Counted from the stretch's first letter, positions 37,160-47,552 are shown. The stretch: DNA of 64,000 bases from an uncultured virus (IMG/VR IMGVR_UViG_3300021964_000019) (IMGVR_UViG_3300021964_000019); one strand, 5' to 3'. Notes: generated from the sequence alone by a model not told the origin. Made by a program: numbers and translations.

Positions 37160-38718
37160 TGGCTTTAGATAAACTAAATCCCAAACTCATTAATACTACA
37201 GGAGCTTCTGATGGAGATGCTCTAGTATTTCGTTCGTCTAACAGTCAAATTGAATTTGGTGCTGTTTCTACTGATACTTCTGGAATAGTCTCTGGCATTA
37301 GCGGTGCTAACACTAATATTAATACAGTTCAAGCAAATGCCGATTCATTTGCATCATACGCTAACTCAACATTTTCTACAGATACCAATTTAAATACTGT
37401 ACAAGGAAATATAGATGCTTTTGCTTCATACGCAAACTCTACTTTAGCAACAACATCTTATGTAGATACTGAGATTGCTGGACTAGTTGACTCAGCTCCA
37501 GCAGCTTTAGACACTCTTAACGAATTAGCAGCGGCTTTAGGTAATGATGCTAATTTATCTACCACACTTACTACTTCGATAGGAACAGTCTCTTCAAATG
37601 CGGCTATTAATGCTACTAACTTAGATACACTAGGATCTTACTCTAACTCAACATTCGCTACAAACACTAATCTTAATACTGTTCAGTCAAATGTGGCAAC
37701 TGTAGAAACTAACTTAGATACTTTTGGGTCTTATGCTAATTCTACTTTTGGTGACAGCACCTCAATTAATACAGTCTCATCTAATGTTGATGCAGCTGTT
37801 CACGGACTAACTGGTGCTAATACTAATATTAACACAGTACAATCAAATGTTACAGTAGTAGAAACAAATCTAAATACTTTTGGTACTTACGCTAATACAA
37901 CTTTTAATACTATTCAAAACAATTTAGATGCTTATGCGACTTATGCTAACACAACCTTTACGGGAGGAGGAGGAAGTGGAGATGCGGGAGTAGTAGAGGG
38001 CAATCTTAGTGCTTTTGCGTCTTATGCTAACTCAACTTTTGCTCTTAACACTAACCTTAATATAGTACAAGCTAACTTAGATTCATTTGCTTCATACGCT
38101 AATACAACTTTAGCCCCTAAAACCACAGTTGATCTTGTTGAGGGCAATCTTACTTCGTTTGCTAATTATGTAAATACTAATTTGCACTATACTAGTGAGC
38201 AATTTACTTCTGCTGCTGCAACTAATACCTTTGCTTTAGCAACATCAGTATCAGATGCTAACAATATTCTGGTTTCTATTTCTGGTGTAGTACAATCTCC
38301 AAACGATGACTATACAGTTTCTGGAAATACTTTAACATTAAATAATACTAACCCAATACCAGCTGATTTAAAAGTAGAAGTAAGAAACTTAGCTGTCAGA
38401 GGTAGAGTACCAATGTCTGGCACTATTGGTTGGACATACTTAACTACAAATGCTACAACATTAACAGCTAATGCTAGTTATTTTATTGATGTGTCAGACG
38501 GACCAAAAACAGTATATCTACCAAATTCTCCTGTTTTGGGAAGCACTGTTAAAATCGTAGACGTAGCTGGATTAGCAGCTTCTAACACTATCACTGTTGG
38601 AGGAAACTCAGAAAAAATTCAAAGAGAATCAACAGACTTATTAGTCACTTCAAATGCAGCTGGTTTTACACTAATTTACTCAACTGCTGCATATGGCTGG
38701 CTACTAGGAGAGGTTTAA
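37159..38718 (+). CDS. Fibre protein with the same repeat type
   Basis: YANSTF repeats, APAALDTLNELAAALG, C-terminal LP-SP-LG...GW domain. Confidence 0.8.
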   Translation: MALDKLNPKLINTTGASDGDALVFRSSNSQIEFGAVSTDTSGIVSGISGANTNINTVQANADSFASYANSTFSTDTNLNTVQGNIDAFASYANSTLATTSYVDTEIAGLVDSAPAALDTLNELAAALGNDANLSTTLTTSIGTVSSNAAINATNLDTLGSYSNSTFATNTNLNTVQSNVATVETNLDTFGSYANSTFGDSTSINTVSSNVDAAVHGLTGANTNINTVQSNVTVVETNLNTFGTYANTTFNTIQNNLDAYATYANTTFTGGGGSGDAGVVEGNLSAFASYANSTFALNTNLNIVQANLDSFASYANTTLAPKTTVDLVEGNLTSFANYVNTNLHYTSEQFTSAAATNTFALATSVSDANNILVSISGVVQSPNDDYTVSGNTLTLNNTNPIPADLKVEVRNLAVRGRVPMSGTIGWTYLTTNATTLTANASYFIDVSDGPKTVYLPNSPVLGSTVKIVDVAGLAASNTITVGGNSEKIQRESTDLLVTSNAAGFTLIYSTAAYGWLLGEV

Positions 38719-38721
38719 AAG

Positions 38722-40233
38722 ATGCCAAGATATAATGAAATTGCTTATGACGGAGTTCAAAGTTCACCAGACTTTTTACAGTTTTCAACTAGTGTTGAAC
38801 CAGAACAACTAGTATTAAATGTAGACTCAAATACTGCTGGCGGTCATGGAACATGGAAGTGGACTTGGGAACGTTCTGCACTACCTTTTGCAAGAAGAAC
38901 TGTACAAAACGAGGTATTTACAACTGTTCCTATTTATAAACAAGGCATCTATCAAATTGATAATTATGCAAACGAAATTCACGACGAGATGACACAGACT
39001 CATGCTTTTAAACTTAAGTGGATTGAAGGAGCAGGAGATGATAACTTAGTTAGTTGGCCAACTTACAGTTATGCGTCGGCTAGTAATCCAGCTATAAACA
39101 GTGGTAATACAACAAATGTTGCAAGAATAGCTTTTACAGTTCCTTCGGTCATTACACCGCCTACTTTAACAGCTCCAGAAATAACCTATGTAGTAACTAA
39201 TAATGCAGCCGGTGCATACAGTTTTTCTGCAAATGCACAAGGAGAAAATCAAACATTAGGTCCTTTATACAGAGGCGGTACGTATATATTTAAAGTAAAT
39301 GCTACTGGTCATCCTTTTTATATCACAGAGGATAACGGAACAGGCTTTGTATCAGGACAATATGTAGGAGAATTTACTTCTAATGTAACTAATTCAAGAA
39401 CACAATCAGGCACAGTTATATTTAATGTAGGAGCTGATGCTCCAGATACTTTATACTACCAGTGTGGTAATCATGGGTCTATGAGAGGTGCAATAAGAAT
39501 ACAAGATCTAGAAGTAGAACTAAATGCGCAAAATAACTATGTAATCTATGGTCAACATTCACAAGAACGTCATTCACAAAAAATTGAAATTAGACCGCTT
39601 CCTGAACTAGCAAGCCAGATGTGTTTAGTCTATGATGCTGTGTCAGGTAAATGGGGAGCGCAGGACCTATCTACTTATGTAGAAAATACTCCAAGCTTTG
39701 AAGATAAGATTAAAGAAGTAGCAGGTACAGCTACTTTAGTTGCTCCAGATGGAACGTCGTTAGTTGCTTCAGTTGAAATTTATTCTACAGAGTCTTATCT
39801 TCCACAGTTAGATAATACAGACGGTGATATTGCTTTTGCTCAAGATACAGAAAGTCTGTATATTTGGAAAACAAATCAGTGGTTAAAAGCCGGTGCTATT
39901 CCGCCTAGTTCAAACGCTTCTGTTCAACTTTCACAAGCTGGTACACTAGCAATAACTACTGGAACAGTTAAGTGGTTTGCTCCTTTTAATCTTACAGTAT
40001 CAAACGTAGTTGCTCGAGTTGCAACAGCTCCTGTAGGTTCAGACGTAGTTGTAGATGTAAAAAGAAATGGAGTTTCAAATAGCATAATCAGAGTTTCTGA
40101 CAATACTAGTGTTGCTTCTAATGCGACCAGTATTACAGTCTCAGAAGGAGACTATTTTACAGTTGACGTTACAGGAATTGGCAGTACTACTGCTGGAGCA
40201 GATTTAAATGTTACTATTAAATATTCAGAATAA
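38722..40233 (+). CDS. Virion protein with a cupredoxin-like domain
   Basis: LYRGGTYIF...GHPFY...LYYQCGNHGSM; C-terminal VDVTGIGSTTAGADL domain. Confidence 0.65.
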   Translation: MPRYNEIAYDGVQSSPDFLQFSTSVEPEQLVLNVDSNTAGGHGTWKWTWERSALPFARRTVQNEVFTTVPIYKQGIYQIDNYANEIHDEMTQTHAFKLKWIEGAGDDNLVSWPTYSYASASNPAINSGNTTNVARIAFTVPSVITPPTLTAPEITYVVTNNAAGAYSFSANAQGENQTLGPLYRGGTYIFKVNATGHPFYITEDNGTGFVSGQYVGEFTSNVTNSRTQSGTVIFNVGADAPDTLYYQCGNHGSMRGAIRIQDLEVELNAQNNYVIYGQHSQERHSQKIEIRPLPELASQMCLVYDAVSGKWGAQDLSTYVENTPSFEDKIKEVAGTATLVAPDGTSLVASVEIYSTESYLPQLDNTDGDIAFAQDTESLYIWKTNQWLKAGAIPPSSNASVQLSQAGTLAITTGTVKWFAPFNLTVSNVVARVATAPVGSDVVVDVKRNGVSNSIIRVSDNTSVASNATSITVSEGDYFTVDVTGIGSTTAGADLNVTIKYSE

Positions 40234-40247
40234 TTAAGGAGAGAAAA

Positions 40248-40529
40248 ATGGCATTAACACAAGAAGAGATTGATTTTATTTCATCAGTTACAGAATATGA
40301 TGAAAACTTAGGGTATTTTATCTACCATGTAACTGATGGTTCTAGAAATGATAAGCATAACTATATGGCTGAGAATCCAATTACAGACCATGTTGGCATT
40401 GTTAATTTAGAAACTACTGTAGGCGACAGAGGTCAACAATATTATCTAATTGTTATAACACCAAGCCCTGACGAATCTCCTACAGTTCCTGCTGATGCCA
40501 CAAGGATCATAGCAGGGTTAGGAGATTAA
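40248..40529 (+). CDS. Hypothetical protein
   Basis: AAGGAG SD. Confidence 0.7.
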   Translation: MALTQEEIDFISSVTEYDENLGYFIYHVTDGSRNDKHNYMAENPITDHVGIVNLETTVGDRGQQYYLIVITPSPDESPTVPADATRIIAGLGD

Positions 40530-40530
40530 A

Positions 40531-41592
40531 ATGGCATTTATTAAATATCAGTTTAAATCAGGACTATCAAAAAGTGCAACAACAATCAATGCATTTTTTG
40601 AAGATATAAAAGACATTTTAGAAGGCACTATAACCGCTACATCTGGTTTTAATTCAACCTATGCAGATGTTAATGGTTCTGTATTTAGAGGAACAGTGCC
40701 TACAGGTTATTATTCTAGTGTGAGCAAAAATACCAATACATCCTCCAATTCTGATAATACTTTACAGTTTCTTAAAAAACACTCAGAGATGACAGCTTAT
40801 AGAACTTTTTATCTATATGATACAGTTTCAGGTACTTATGATTGGCGAGCAAGAATGGCAAGTGCAGGAGGTACTAATCTAGTTCCTACTAATTCGACAT
40901 CAGGCTATTCTGTTACCACCTCCGCCACACAAACAATGGATGTAGACTATAACCAAACTCCAACTTGTTTTATGTGGATTAGTGAATCAATATTTCTCAT
41001 TCAAATAATTGATGGCAATAGTGCAGAAAATGCTTGTTCATTGGGTATGTTTGATTATCCTAAATCTGATTATGATGATTGGGCATACTCATCTGACACT
41101 AATACCTGTCCTACTATATTTATGGGCGATGTCAATGTTGGTCAGTTTAATAATGCTACTCAATCTAATACAGATAGTTACTTTGTAGTAAGTAACTCAA
41201 CATATCTTACATCTGCAGATGCTATTCAATCAGCTAGTAGCATTAGTCAGACGTATCACGACACAGTACAAACACATTATGGAGTAAACTATATAGCAAT
41301 ATACCCAAGGGCAATACACAACATTACTTCATTACCTTTATCCTCTGGAAAAGCACATCAAAGAATTCCAGTTATGTTAATGCCTTATCAAGGCGCTACA
41401 AATTCATTTCCTCTTTTTGCAAGATTAAAAGATCTTTATAGAACTACGGATGATATAGCACAACCAGGAACCTTAATTAATTATAATGGTGTGGAGTATG
41501 CTGTGTGGATGTTTCATAAAACAGGCGGTGCTACTTATAATAATAGCGAGGCCACAGAAAATTCTTGCTATTTAATACCAACAGGAGCGTAA
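40531..41592 (+). CDS. Putative virion/fibre-tip protein
   Basis: S/T/N/Y-rich; located in the fibre operon. Confidence 0.6.
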   Translation: MAFIKYQFKSGLSKSATTINAFFEDIKDILEGTITATSGFNSTYADVNGSVFRGTVPTGYYSSVSKNTNTSSNSDNTLQFLKKHSEMTAYRTFYLYDTVSGTYDWRARMASAGGTNLVPTNSTSGYSVTTSATQTMDVDYNQTPTCFMWISESIFLIQIIDGNSAENACSLGMFDYPKSDYDDWAYSSDTNTCPTIFMGDVNVGQFNNATQSNTDSYFVVSNSTYLTSADAIQSASSISQTYHDTVQTHYGVNYIAIYPRAIHNITSLPLSSGKAHQRIPVMLMPYQGATNSFPLFARLKDLYRTTDDIAQPGTLINYNGVEYAVWMFHKTGGATYNNSEATENSCYLIPTGA

Positions 41593-41593
41593 T

Positions 41594-42724
41594 ATGTATA
41601 TAAAAGTTAAAGTTCAAGACAATGGTAATTGTGATGGAGGAGCAGGGCTTATTACTGCAGTAGATTGGGCAATGAGAGCTGAGGCAGGAGCAACAGCTAA
41701 TGTGACTGCTTTAAACTCAAGCTCAGGACAAGGAGAAATAGTAGCACTTGAAGTAGTTTCTAATACAGAAGCAGGAGGGTGGTCTAATACTGCTTTTTAT
41801 GCTTCTACCAGCACTTACGATTTTGGCGGAAGTTGGCAAGCTGATAGTCCTAAAACAGGTAGATCGTTTAAAAAACGATTTCATATTAAGAGAAAGAACA
41901 CACAAACTAATTATAATAACTGGGCTCCTTTTATGTCTTTATATGATGCAGATAGCGCCACAGAAGTAATGGCTGAAAATTATCTAACTTACACAAAAAG
42001 CACATCAAGCAGTTCTAATTACGGAGCTTGGTTTAATAATAGTGAACCAGATGAGGCTGATTGGTGGCATGTGTCTGTAACTAGTAAATATGTGTTTTTT
42101 TGGTCTAATCATACAAAAGGTGTTGGATTTGAACGTATTTGTGGAGTAGCAGACTTAGCTGGAACTCCTGATCATTTTTTAGCTGCTGCAAATGACCAAT
42201 TTAACTCTATTGGTTTCTATAAAAGTGCAACAGGCGCTACATCATCTGCAGTAGGAACAGGAACAACTCCATATCACTGGGATTTTATAGCATATCATCT
42301 AACTCCAGACGCAGGTAGACAATATAATAATTACTATCTTCAAAGTACAGGTACATATTATACTGTTAATGGGACAAATCCCTCTAACAATAGTAATATA
42401 ATTCCTTGGAGAATAGGGCCTCATCATTACTTTAATAGTGTTAACACATATACACAAATGATACCTACAAGAGATTCTTCGGGTAATAAGATTGGTTCAC
42501 TAACACCAGTTATACTATTTAATCCTTTCAGAGGAATTCCTTATCAAACTATGGAAGGTCTCTACTATTATACAGACAGTGCATTAATTAATACCACGGA
42601 AGCTACTGCTTATCAAAATCAAAAACATAATGACGGAAAGATAGTTCAAGATGAAAATGGAGATAATTATATGCTGATAAAACAGTCACAAGATTGTGTA
42701 ACTTATGCTGTAAGGATAGAATAG
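41594..42724 (+). CDS. Putative virion/fibre-tip protein
   Basis: S/T/N/Y-rich; located in the fibre operon. Confidence 0.6.
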   Translation: MYIKVKVQDNGNCDGGAGLITAVDWAMRAEAGATANVTALNSSSGQGEIVALEVVSNTEAGGWSNTAFYASTSTYDFGGSWQADSPKTGRSFKKRFHIKRKNTQTNYNNWAPFMSLYDADSATEVMAENYLTYTKSTSSSSNYGAWFNNSEPDEADWWHVSVTSKYVFFWSNHTKGVGFERICGVADLAGTPDHFLAAANDQFNSIGFYKSATGATSSAVGTGTTPYHWDFIAYHLTPDAGRQYNNYYLQSTGTYYTVNGTNPSNNSNIIPWRIGPHHYFNSVNTYTQMIPTRDSSGNKIGSLTPVILFNPFRGIPYQTMEGLYYYTDSALINTTEATAYQNQKHNDGKIVQDENGDNYMLIKQSQDCVTYAVRIE

Positions 42725-42725
42725 T

Positions 42726-43025
42726 ATGACTTGGAATGCTTCTACAGATCGTTTAGCATACTCTAATGCTACAGCTAATGTATTAACTAATGTTGTGGCC
42801 AATGCAATATCTATTCCAACTACTATAAACTATAGTAATACTCTTACAAGACTCAGTATAAATGTTGCTACTCTTCCTGCTCAGGCAAGTTATAATATTG
42901 AATCTTATACTATTAACGTAGTGTCAAATGTAATAATAGGAAATAGTATATTACAATCTAAGCCTTGGTCAAATGTAACTGTATCAGAAAGTAGCAGTGC
43001 TCCAACACAAGTATGGATTGGATAA
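42726..43025 (+). CDS. Small structural protein
   Basis: N-x-S/T-rich; C-terminal QVWIG. Confidence 0.6.
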   Translation: MTWNASTDRLAYSNATANVLTNVVANAISIPTTINYSNTLTRLSINVATLPAQASYNIESYTINVVSNVIIGNSILQSKPWSNVTVSESSSAPTQVWIG

Positions 43026-43050
43026 TAATTAAGGGTTAAATTTATAATAT

Positions 43051-43079
43051 TTGCCAACTAAAATTAATTACAGTATAAT
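43051..43079 (+). promoter_or_regulatory. Promoter
   Basis: TTGCCA-N17-TATAAT. Confidence 0.7.
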
Positions 43080-43109
43080 AAAAAATAATGGCATAGGAGA
43101 AATTAATAA

Positions 43110-44645
43110 GTGTCTATAACAAGAATTGATGCAAGTTTACTTAGCACAATAGGTGCTTCAGAAGGTGACGTGCTTACTTATGTAAGTGCGAATAGCTCTG
43201 TTGAATTTGTAGCAACTAATTCTTCTGACGCTAATCTAGTTAATGCTAATCTAGACTCGTTTGCTAGCTACTCAAACTCAACATTTGCTACAAACACAAA
43301 TTTAAATACAGTACAGTCTAACTTATCCTCTTTAATAACCTCTAATACTACAGCTATTACTGTAGTAAATGCTAATCTAGTTCCTTCTGGTAACATTGAG
43401 TATGCTCTAGGTTCTCCAGATCATCTTTGGTCTGATTTATGGTTAAGCGGTGCATCTCTACATCTTGGTAACGTTCATATTTTTGAAACAGCAGATGGCT
43501 CTGGTTTCCATATGACTTCTCCTCATAGCAGTCATACTTTAACTCTTGATATAGCATCAGGTAACACATCAGAACGTTTTGGTAATGTAGAACACGCTAT
43601 AACATCTGCTAATACAAATATTAATACTGTACAGTCTAATTTATCTACTCTAGAATCTACTGTTACTAGTTTAGGCACTGAAGTAGATACTTTAGGATCT
43701 TATGCAAACTCAACATTTGCTACAGATACCAATTTAAATACAGTATCTGCTAATGTAGATGGCGTATCTTTTGGATTATCTGGTGCAAACACAAACATTA
43801 ATGTAATTGCAGGTAATCTAGATGCTTATGCAACCTATGCTAATGCTACTTTTTCTGGCGGTGGCGGTGGCGGTAGTGGAGATGCCGACTTAGTTCAAGG
43901 TAACTTATCAGCTTTTGCAACTTATGCAAATACTACTTTTTCAGGCTCTGGAGGGGGTAATACTGTAACAGCTACTTCAACTAGTACTGGTGATGGAGCA
44001 ACTGTAAACTATACCTTACCTTCAACAGCTTCTAATGCTCATAATATTCTAGTTACTGTAGATGGTTTATTACAAAGACCAGTTTCAGACTATACTGTAA
44101 ATACAACAACTTTAACTTTTGCTTCTGCTCCTCCTACAGGCACTGAAGTAGATATTAGACAACTTTCTGAAACAGGAGTAGTGAGTATTCAAGCTTATGC
44201 TTCTAATTCTCAAATACTTACCAGTAATGTACATTCTATAACTGTTAAAACTGCAAACCTATTACCAACACTTGGTTCTACTTATGATTTAGGATCGGAG
44301 ACTTACAATTGGAATAATATTCATGCTTCTAATATCATATCCCCTTCTGCAGGATATTATTGGGTAGAGGCTGCTTCTAATACTACAATGTCGGCTGGTA
44401 AAGCATACTTTGTTGATTGTTCTTCTCAAACAATCACAATGACTCTTCCAAGCTCTCCTAGTATGGGTAATTCTGTAAGAGTTATTGACGCAACAGGATC
44501 ATCAGAAACAAATAATATAACTATCGCTAGAAATTCTTCTAATATAATGGGACAGGCTGACGATATTACAGTAAATCAAAATAGAGCTGCTTTTATGTTA
44601 GTGTATTATAATACAGCACAAGGCTGGTTACTATCTGAGGTATAA
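43110..44645 (+). CDS. Fibre protein, paralog of 37159-38718
   Basis: GTG start; same N-terminal motif, YANSTF repeats and C-terminal GWLLxEV. Confidence 0.8.
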   Translation: MSITRIDASLLSTIGASEGDVLTYVSANSSVEFVATNSSDANLVNANLDSFASYSNSTFATNTNLNTVQSNLSSLITSNTTAITVVNANLVPSGNIEYALGSPDHLWSDLWLSGASLHLGNVHIFETADGSGFHMTSPHSSHTLTLDIASGNTSERFGNVEHAITSANTNINTVQSNLSTLESTVTSLGTEVDTLGSYANSTFATDTNLNTVSANVDGVSFGLSGANTNINVIAGNLDAYATYANATFSGGGGGGSGDADLVQGNLSAFATYANTTFSGSGGGNTVTATSTSTGDGATVNYTLPSTASNAHNILVTVDGLLQRPVSDYTVNTTTLTFASAPPTGTEVDIRQLSETGVVSIQAYASNSQILTSNVHSITVKTANLLPTLGSTYDLGSETYNWNNIHASNIISPSAGYYWVEAASNTTMSAGKAYFVDCSSQTITMTLPSSPSMGNSVRVIDATGSSETNNITIARNSSNIMGQADDITVNQNRAAFMLVYYNTAQGWLLSEV

Positions 44646-44648
44646 TAA

Positions 44649-45539
44649 ATGACAACATCATTAAAAAGAGTTAATTTAAAACTGTTATCTAATGCAAATG
44701 CTTTTGACGGAGCAGTGTTGTCTTATGTGAGTGCAAATGATTCTGTTGAGTATGTGTCTGGAGGAGGTAATTCTGGACTAATTCAATCTAACTTAGACTC
44801 TTTTGCTTCATATGCTAACTCTTCGTTTGCTCTTGATACTAATTTAAATACTGTACAATCTAATTTAACTACCGGAGTAAACTATGTTTCTGGTAATCTA
44901 GACTCGTTTGCTTCTTATGCTAATTCAGCTATTGCCAGTGCTGGAGGATCTGTAAAAGTAGAAAATGCTTCAGGAGTAATTAATTCAGCTGTAGCTTCTC
45001 TGATTTTTAGCGGTGGTTTAAACGCTACTCCGACAAGTGGTAACTCACAAATTGTTACAGTCTCTGCAACTTCTGTATCTTTAGCATATCAATTTGCGTC
45101 ACAACTGTTTACTGCCGATGGTAGTTCTAATACTTTTACCATGTCTCGTAGTGTAGCTAATGCAACTAATATGTTTGTAGCAATTGATGGGTTATTACAA
45201 AGTCCAAATGATGATTATTTTACATCAGCAACAACCCTAACAATCGGTAATACTGCTCCAATTGTAGCTAATACAGAAATTGAAGCAAGGTATTTAATAA
45301 CATCAACATCAACTTCTAATTTAACTAACGACTCTTATACAGCAGATGGAACAGCTAATACCTTTACTATGACTGAGACCCCCTCCTCAGCTTCTGCCAT
45401 CATGGTAACAGTTGGTGGTATATTGCAAACACCTGCAAATAACTATGTAACTAGCGGAACTACTTTAACACTTAATAATACCTCTCCTATTGTAGCAAAC
45501 ACAAAAGTAGAGATACGACATCTACCATCTGTAAGTTAA
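44649..45539 (+). CDS. Fibre-branch protein with two beta-sandwich repeats
   Basis: Two FT.DG..NTF...V..(D/G)G.LQ.P..(D/N)Y....TLT repeats. Confidence 0.7.
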   Translation: MTTSLKRVNLKLLSNANAFDGAVLSYVSANDSVEYVSGGGNSGLIQSNLDSFASYANSSFALDTNLNTVQSNLTTGVNYVSGNLDSFASYANSAIASAGGSVKVENASGVINSAVASLIFSGGLNATPTSGNSQIVTVSATSVSLAYQFASQLFTADGSSNTFTMSRSVANATNMFVAIDGLLQSPNDDYFTSATTLTIGNTAPIVANTEIEARYLITSTSTSNLTNDSYTADGTANTFTMTETPSSASAIMVTVGGILQTPANNYVTSGTTLTLNNTSPIVANTKVEIRHLPSVS

Positions 45540-45553
45540 AGTATGATTAGTCT

Positions 45554-45582
45554 TGACTAGATAAAATTTTTAATATATAATA
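45554..45582 (+). promoter_or_regulatory. Promoter
   Basis: TTGACT-N17-TATAAT. Confidence 0.75.
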
Positions 45583-45613
45583 ACATATAATCCAAAATTG
45601 AGGGGAGATTATA

Positions 45614-46360
45614 ATGAGTAATATAGCAGAAGTATTTAAAAATCAAAAATATATACTTTTTAATGATGTAGTCAGTCATGAGGTGTGTTCTCTTATGACT
45701 GATTATTTATTTGTAAAAAGAGATGCGGGACTTTTAGTCCCACCTGTATCTTTAGGAGGAGACGATAAACAGTGTCCAAAATCTTGGTCTATTTATGGAG
45801 ATCCATTATTTGACACTCTTTTAGCGAGACTAGCTGCTCCTTTAAGTAATCTAATCGGAGTATCATTAATACCGGCGTATACATACTCTCGTATTTATCA
45901 AAATGGAGAAGTTTTAGAGTATCATAAAGATCGTCCGTCATGTGAAATTTCTGGTACAATGACTATCGGTATTAAAGAAGGTGAACCTATTTGGCCTATC
46001 TATGTAGGCAAAGATGATGAAGATAAGGTCGGCAAAAAAATAGAAATTGGTCTTGGAGAGATGATGTTATACAGAGGCTGTGAAGTGCCTCATTGGAGAC
46101 CAGAATATCGAGGCGATTGGCAAGCTCAAGTATTTTTTCACTATGTAGATGCAAACGGTCCGTATGCACAAGAATGTAAGTTTGACGGAAGAACCTCTCT
46201 TGGAATTCCAAAAACTGGTAATCGTACTATAGTAAAAAAACCTTGGGAAGAGTCTCAAGAACTACATAGTATGTACGATAACTTATCAAAAAAGCCTTGG
46301 GAAACTACTCAAGAAAAGAAGCCTCTTCCAGAAAAATTTGAGTTTAAGGTAGGTGAATAA
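45614..46360 (+). CDS. 2OG-Fe(II) oxygenase-like protein
   Basis: YSRIY...HKDRPSCEIS...HWR...QVFFHY. Confidence 0.8.
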   Translation: MSNIAEVFKNQKYILFNDVVSHEVCSLMTDYLFVKRDAGLLVPPVSLGGDDKQCPKSWSIYGDPLFDTLLARLAAPLSNLIGVSLIPAYTYSRIYQNGEVLEYHKDRPSCEISGTMTIGIKEGEPIWPIYVGKDDEDKVGKKIEIGLGEMMLYRGCEVPHWRPEYRGDWQAQVFFHYVDANGPYAQECKFDGRTSLGIPKTGNRTIVKKPWEESQELHSMYDNLSKKPWETTQEKKPLPEKFEFKVGE

Positions 46361-46974
46361 TGGCAAAGTTTATGGCTCCAAGACAAAAACCTAGAACTCC
46401 TGGATTTGTGTTTCATAATGCTGAACACTCTAAAAGAGAAATGTATTTTACTCCAGATGAGTGTGATTGGGTTATTGAATATGGTAAAAACGAATATCCA
46501 GAATTTGCCTCTGTAGGAGAAAACGGAGGTGAAATTAGAAGAGAAACTCGTGACGTTTATGTTCGTAATATTTTCATCAACGAAAAAACAAATGGTCTAT
46601 TTGAAAAAATGATGTTTATAGCGGATGTAACTAATCAACATCATTTTGATTTTGAAATTGCAGGTATTATGCATGGGTTACAACTTCTAGAGTACACAAG
46701 TAATGAGACTAAACAACACTATGATTGGCATATTGATGTAGGAGGAGGTAATTCTTATGGAAGAAAAATCTCTATGGTAGTACAGCTCTCTGACCCCTCT
46801 GATTATGAAGGAGGAGAATTACAGGTTGATGAAGGTCAGCCAGTGACTATGCCAAAAGACAGAGGCAGTGTTATTTTATTTCCGAGTTATATGAGACATA
46901 GAGTAACCCCTGTTACTAGAGGAACAAGGTGGTCTTTAGTTATTTGGGTTCAAGGATATACTCATTTTAGATGA
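46360..46974 (+). CDS. 2OG-Fe(II) prolyl-4-hydroxylase-like (PKHD/YbiX-type) oxygenase
   Basis: WHIDV...RKISMVVQLS...YEGGEL...FPSY..HRVTPVTRGTRWSLV. Confidence 0.85.
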   Translation: MAKFMAPRQKPRTPGFVFHNAEHSKREMYFTPDECDWVIEYGKNEYPEFASVGENGGEIRRETRDVYVRNIFINEKTNGLFEKMMFIADVTNQHHFDFEIAGIMHGLQLLEYTSNETKQHYDWHIDVGGGNSYGRKISMVVQLSDPSDYEGGELQVDEGQPVTMPKDRGSVILFPSYMRHRVTPVTRGTRWSLVIWVQGYTHFR

Positions 46975-47540
46975 TAAACCATAATGATTTTTTAGAAAAC
47001 ATAATGCCCATACCGATTTGGGGGTTTAAACTGCCTAATTATGGATCTTTTAATACAGAACTAATTAAGTTTGCTTACTGGTTAAAAAATAGTTCAAAAG
47101 GTAAAAAACGTTCTAATTTTTTAGGCTGGCAAAGTCATGATTATATCTTTGAAGAGTATAAAGAATTATTGCATCCTTTAATAGATAAGTTAGATGAAAT
47201 TAGTTTTGGAATAGCAGAAGAGTTTTCTGAGAGAACAAAAGCTCCTTTAAATATAGATTCTATGTGGTTAAATATAAATTCACAATACTCCTATAATGCT
47301 CACCATGTACACAGTGGACAGCTTAGCGGTGTATATTATGTAAGGGTTCCAGAAAATTGTGGCAGATTAATTTTAGTCAATCCCGCTAGTAGGTCAGAGA
47401 CCAGCAGAATTAGAGTTAAAAATTATGGGTTGACACCAGAGTCAGGAGCTTGTATAATATTTCCATCATGGTTAGAACATTATGTTGAGCCCAATGAAAA
47501 TACAGAAGATAGAATTTCAATAAGTTTTAATATATCATAG
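46971..47540 (+). CDS. Putative 2OG-Fe(II) oxygenase (TIGR02466-like)
   Basis: GWQS, WLNIN...HVH..LSGVYY, FPSWLEHYV...RISISFN. Confidence 0.85.
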   Translation: MINHNDFLENIMPIPIWGFKLPNYGSFNTELIKFAYWLKNSSKGKKRSNFLGWQSHDYIFEEYKELLHPLIDKLDEISFGIAEEFSERTKAPLNIDSMWLNINSQYSYNAHHVHSGQLSGVYYVRVPENCGRLILVNPASRSETSRIRVKNYGLTPESGACIIFPSWLEHYVEPNENTEDRISISFNIS

Positions 47541-47552
47541 AATGAGGGGAAC

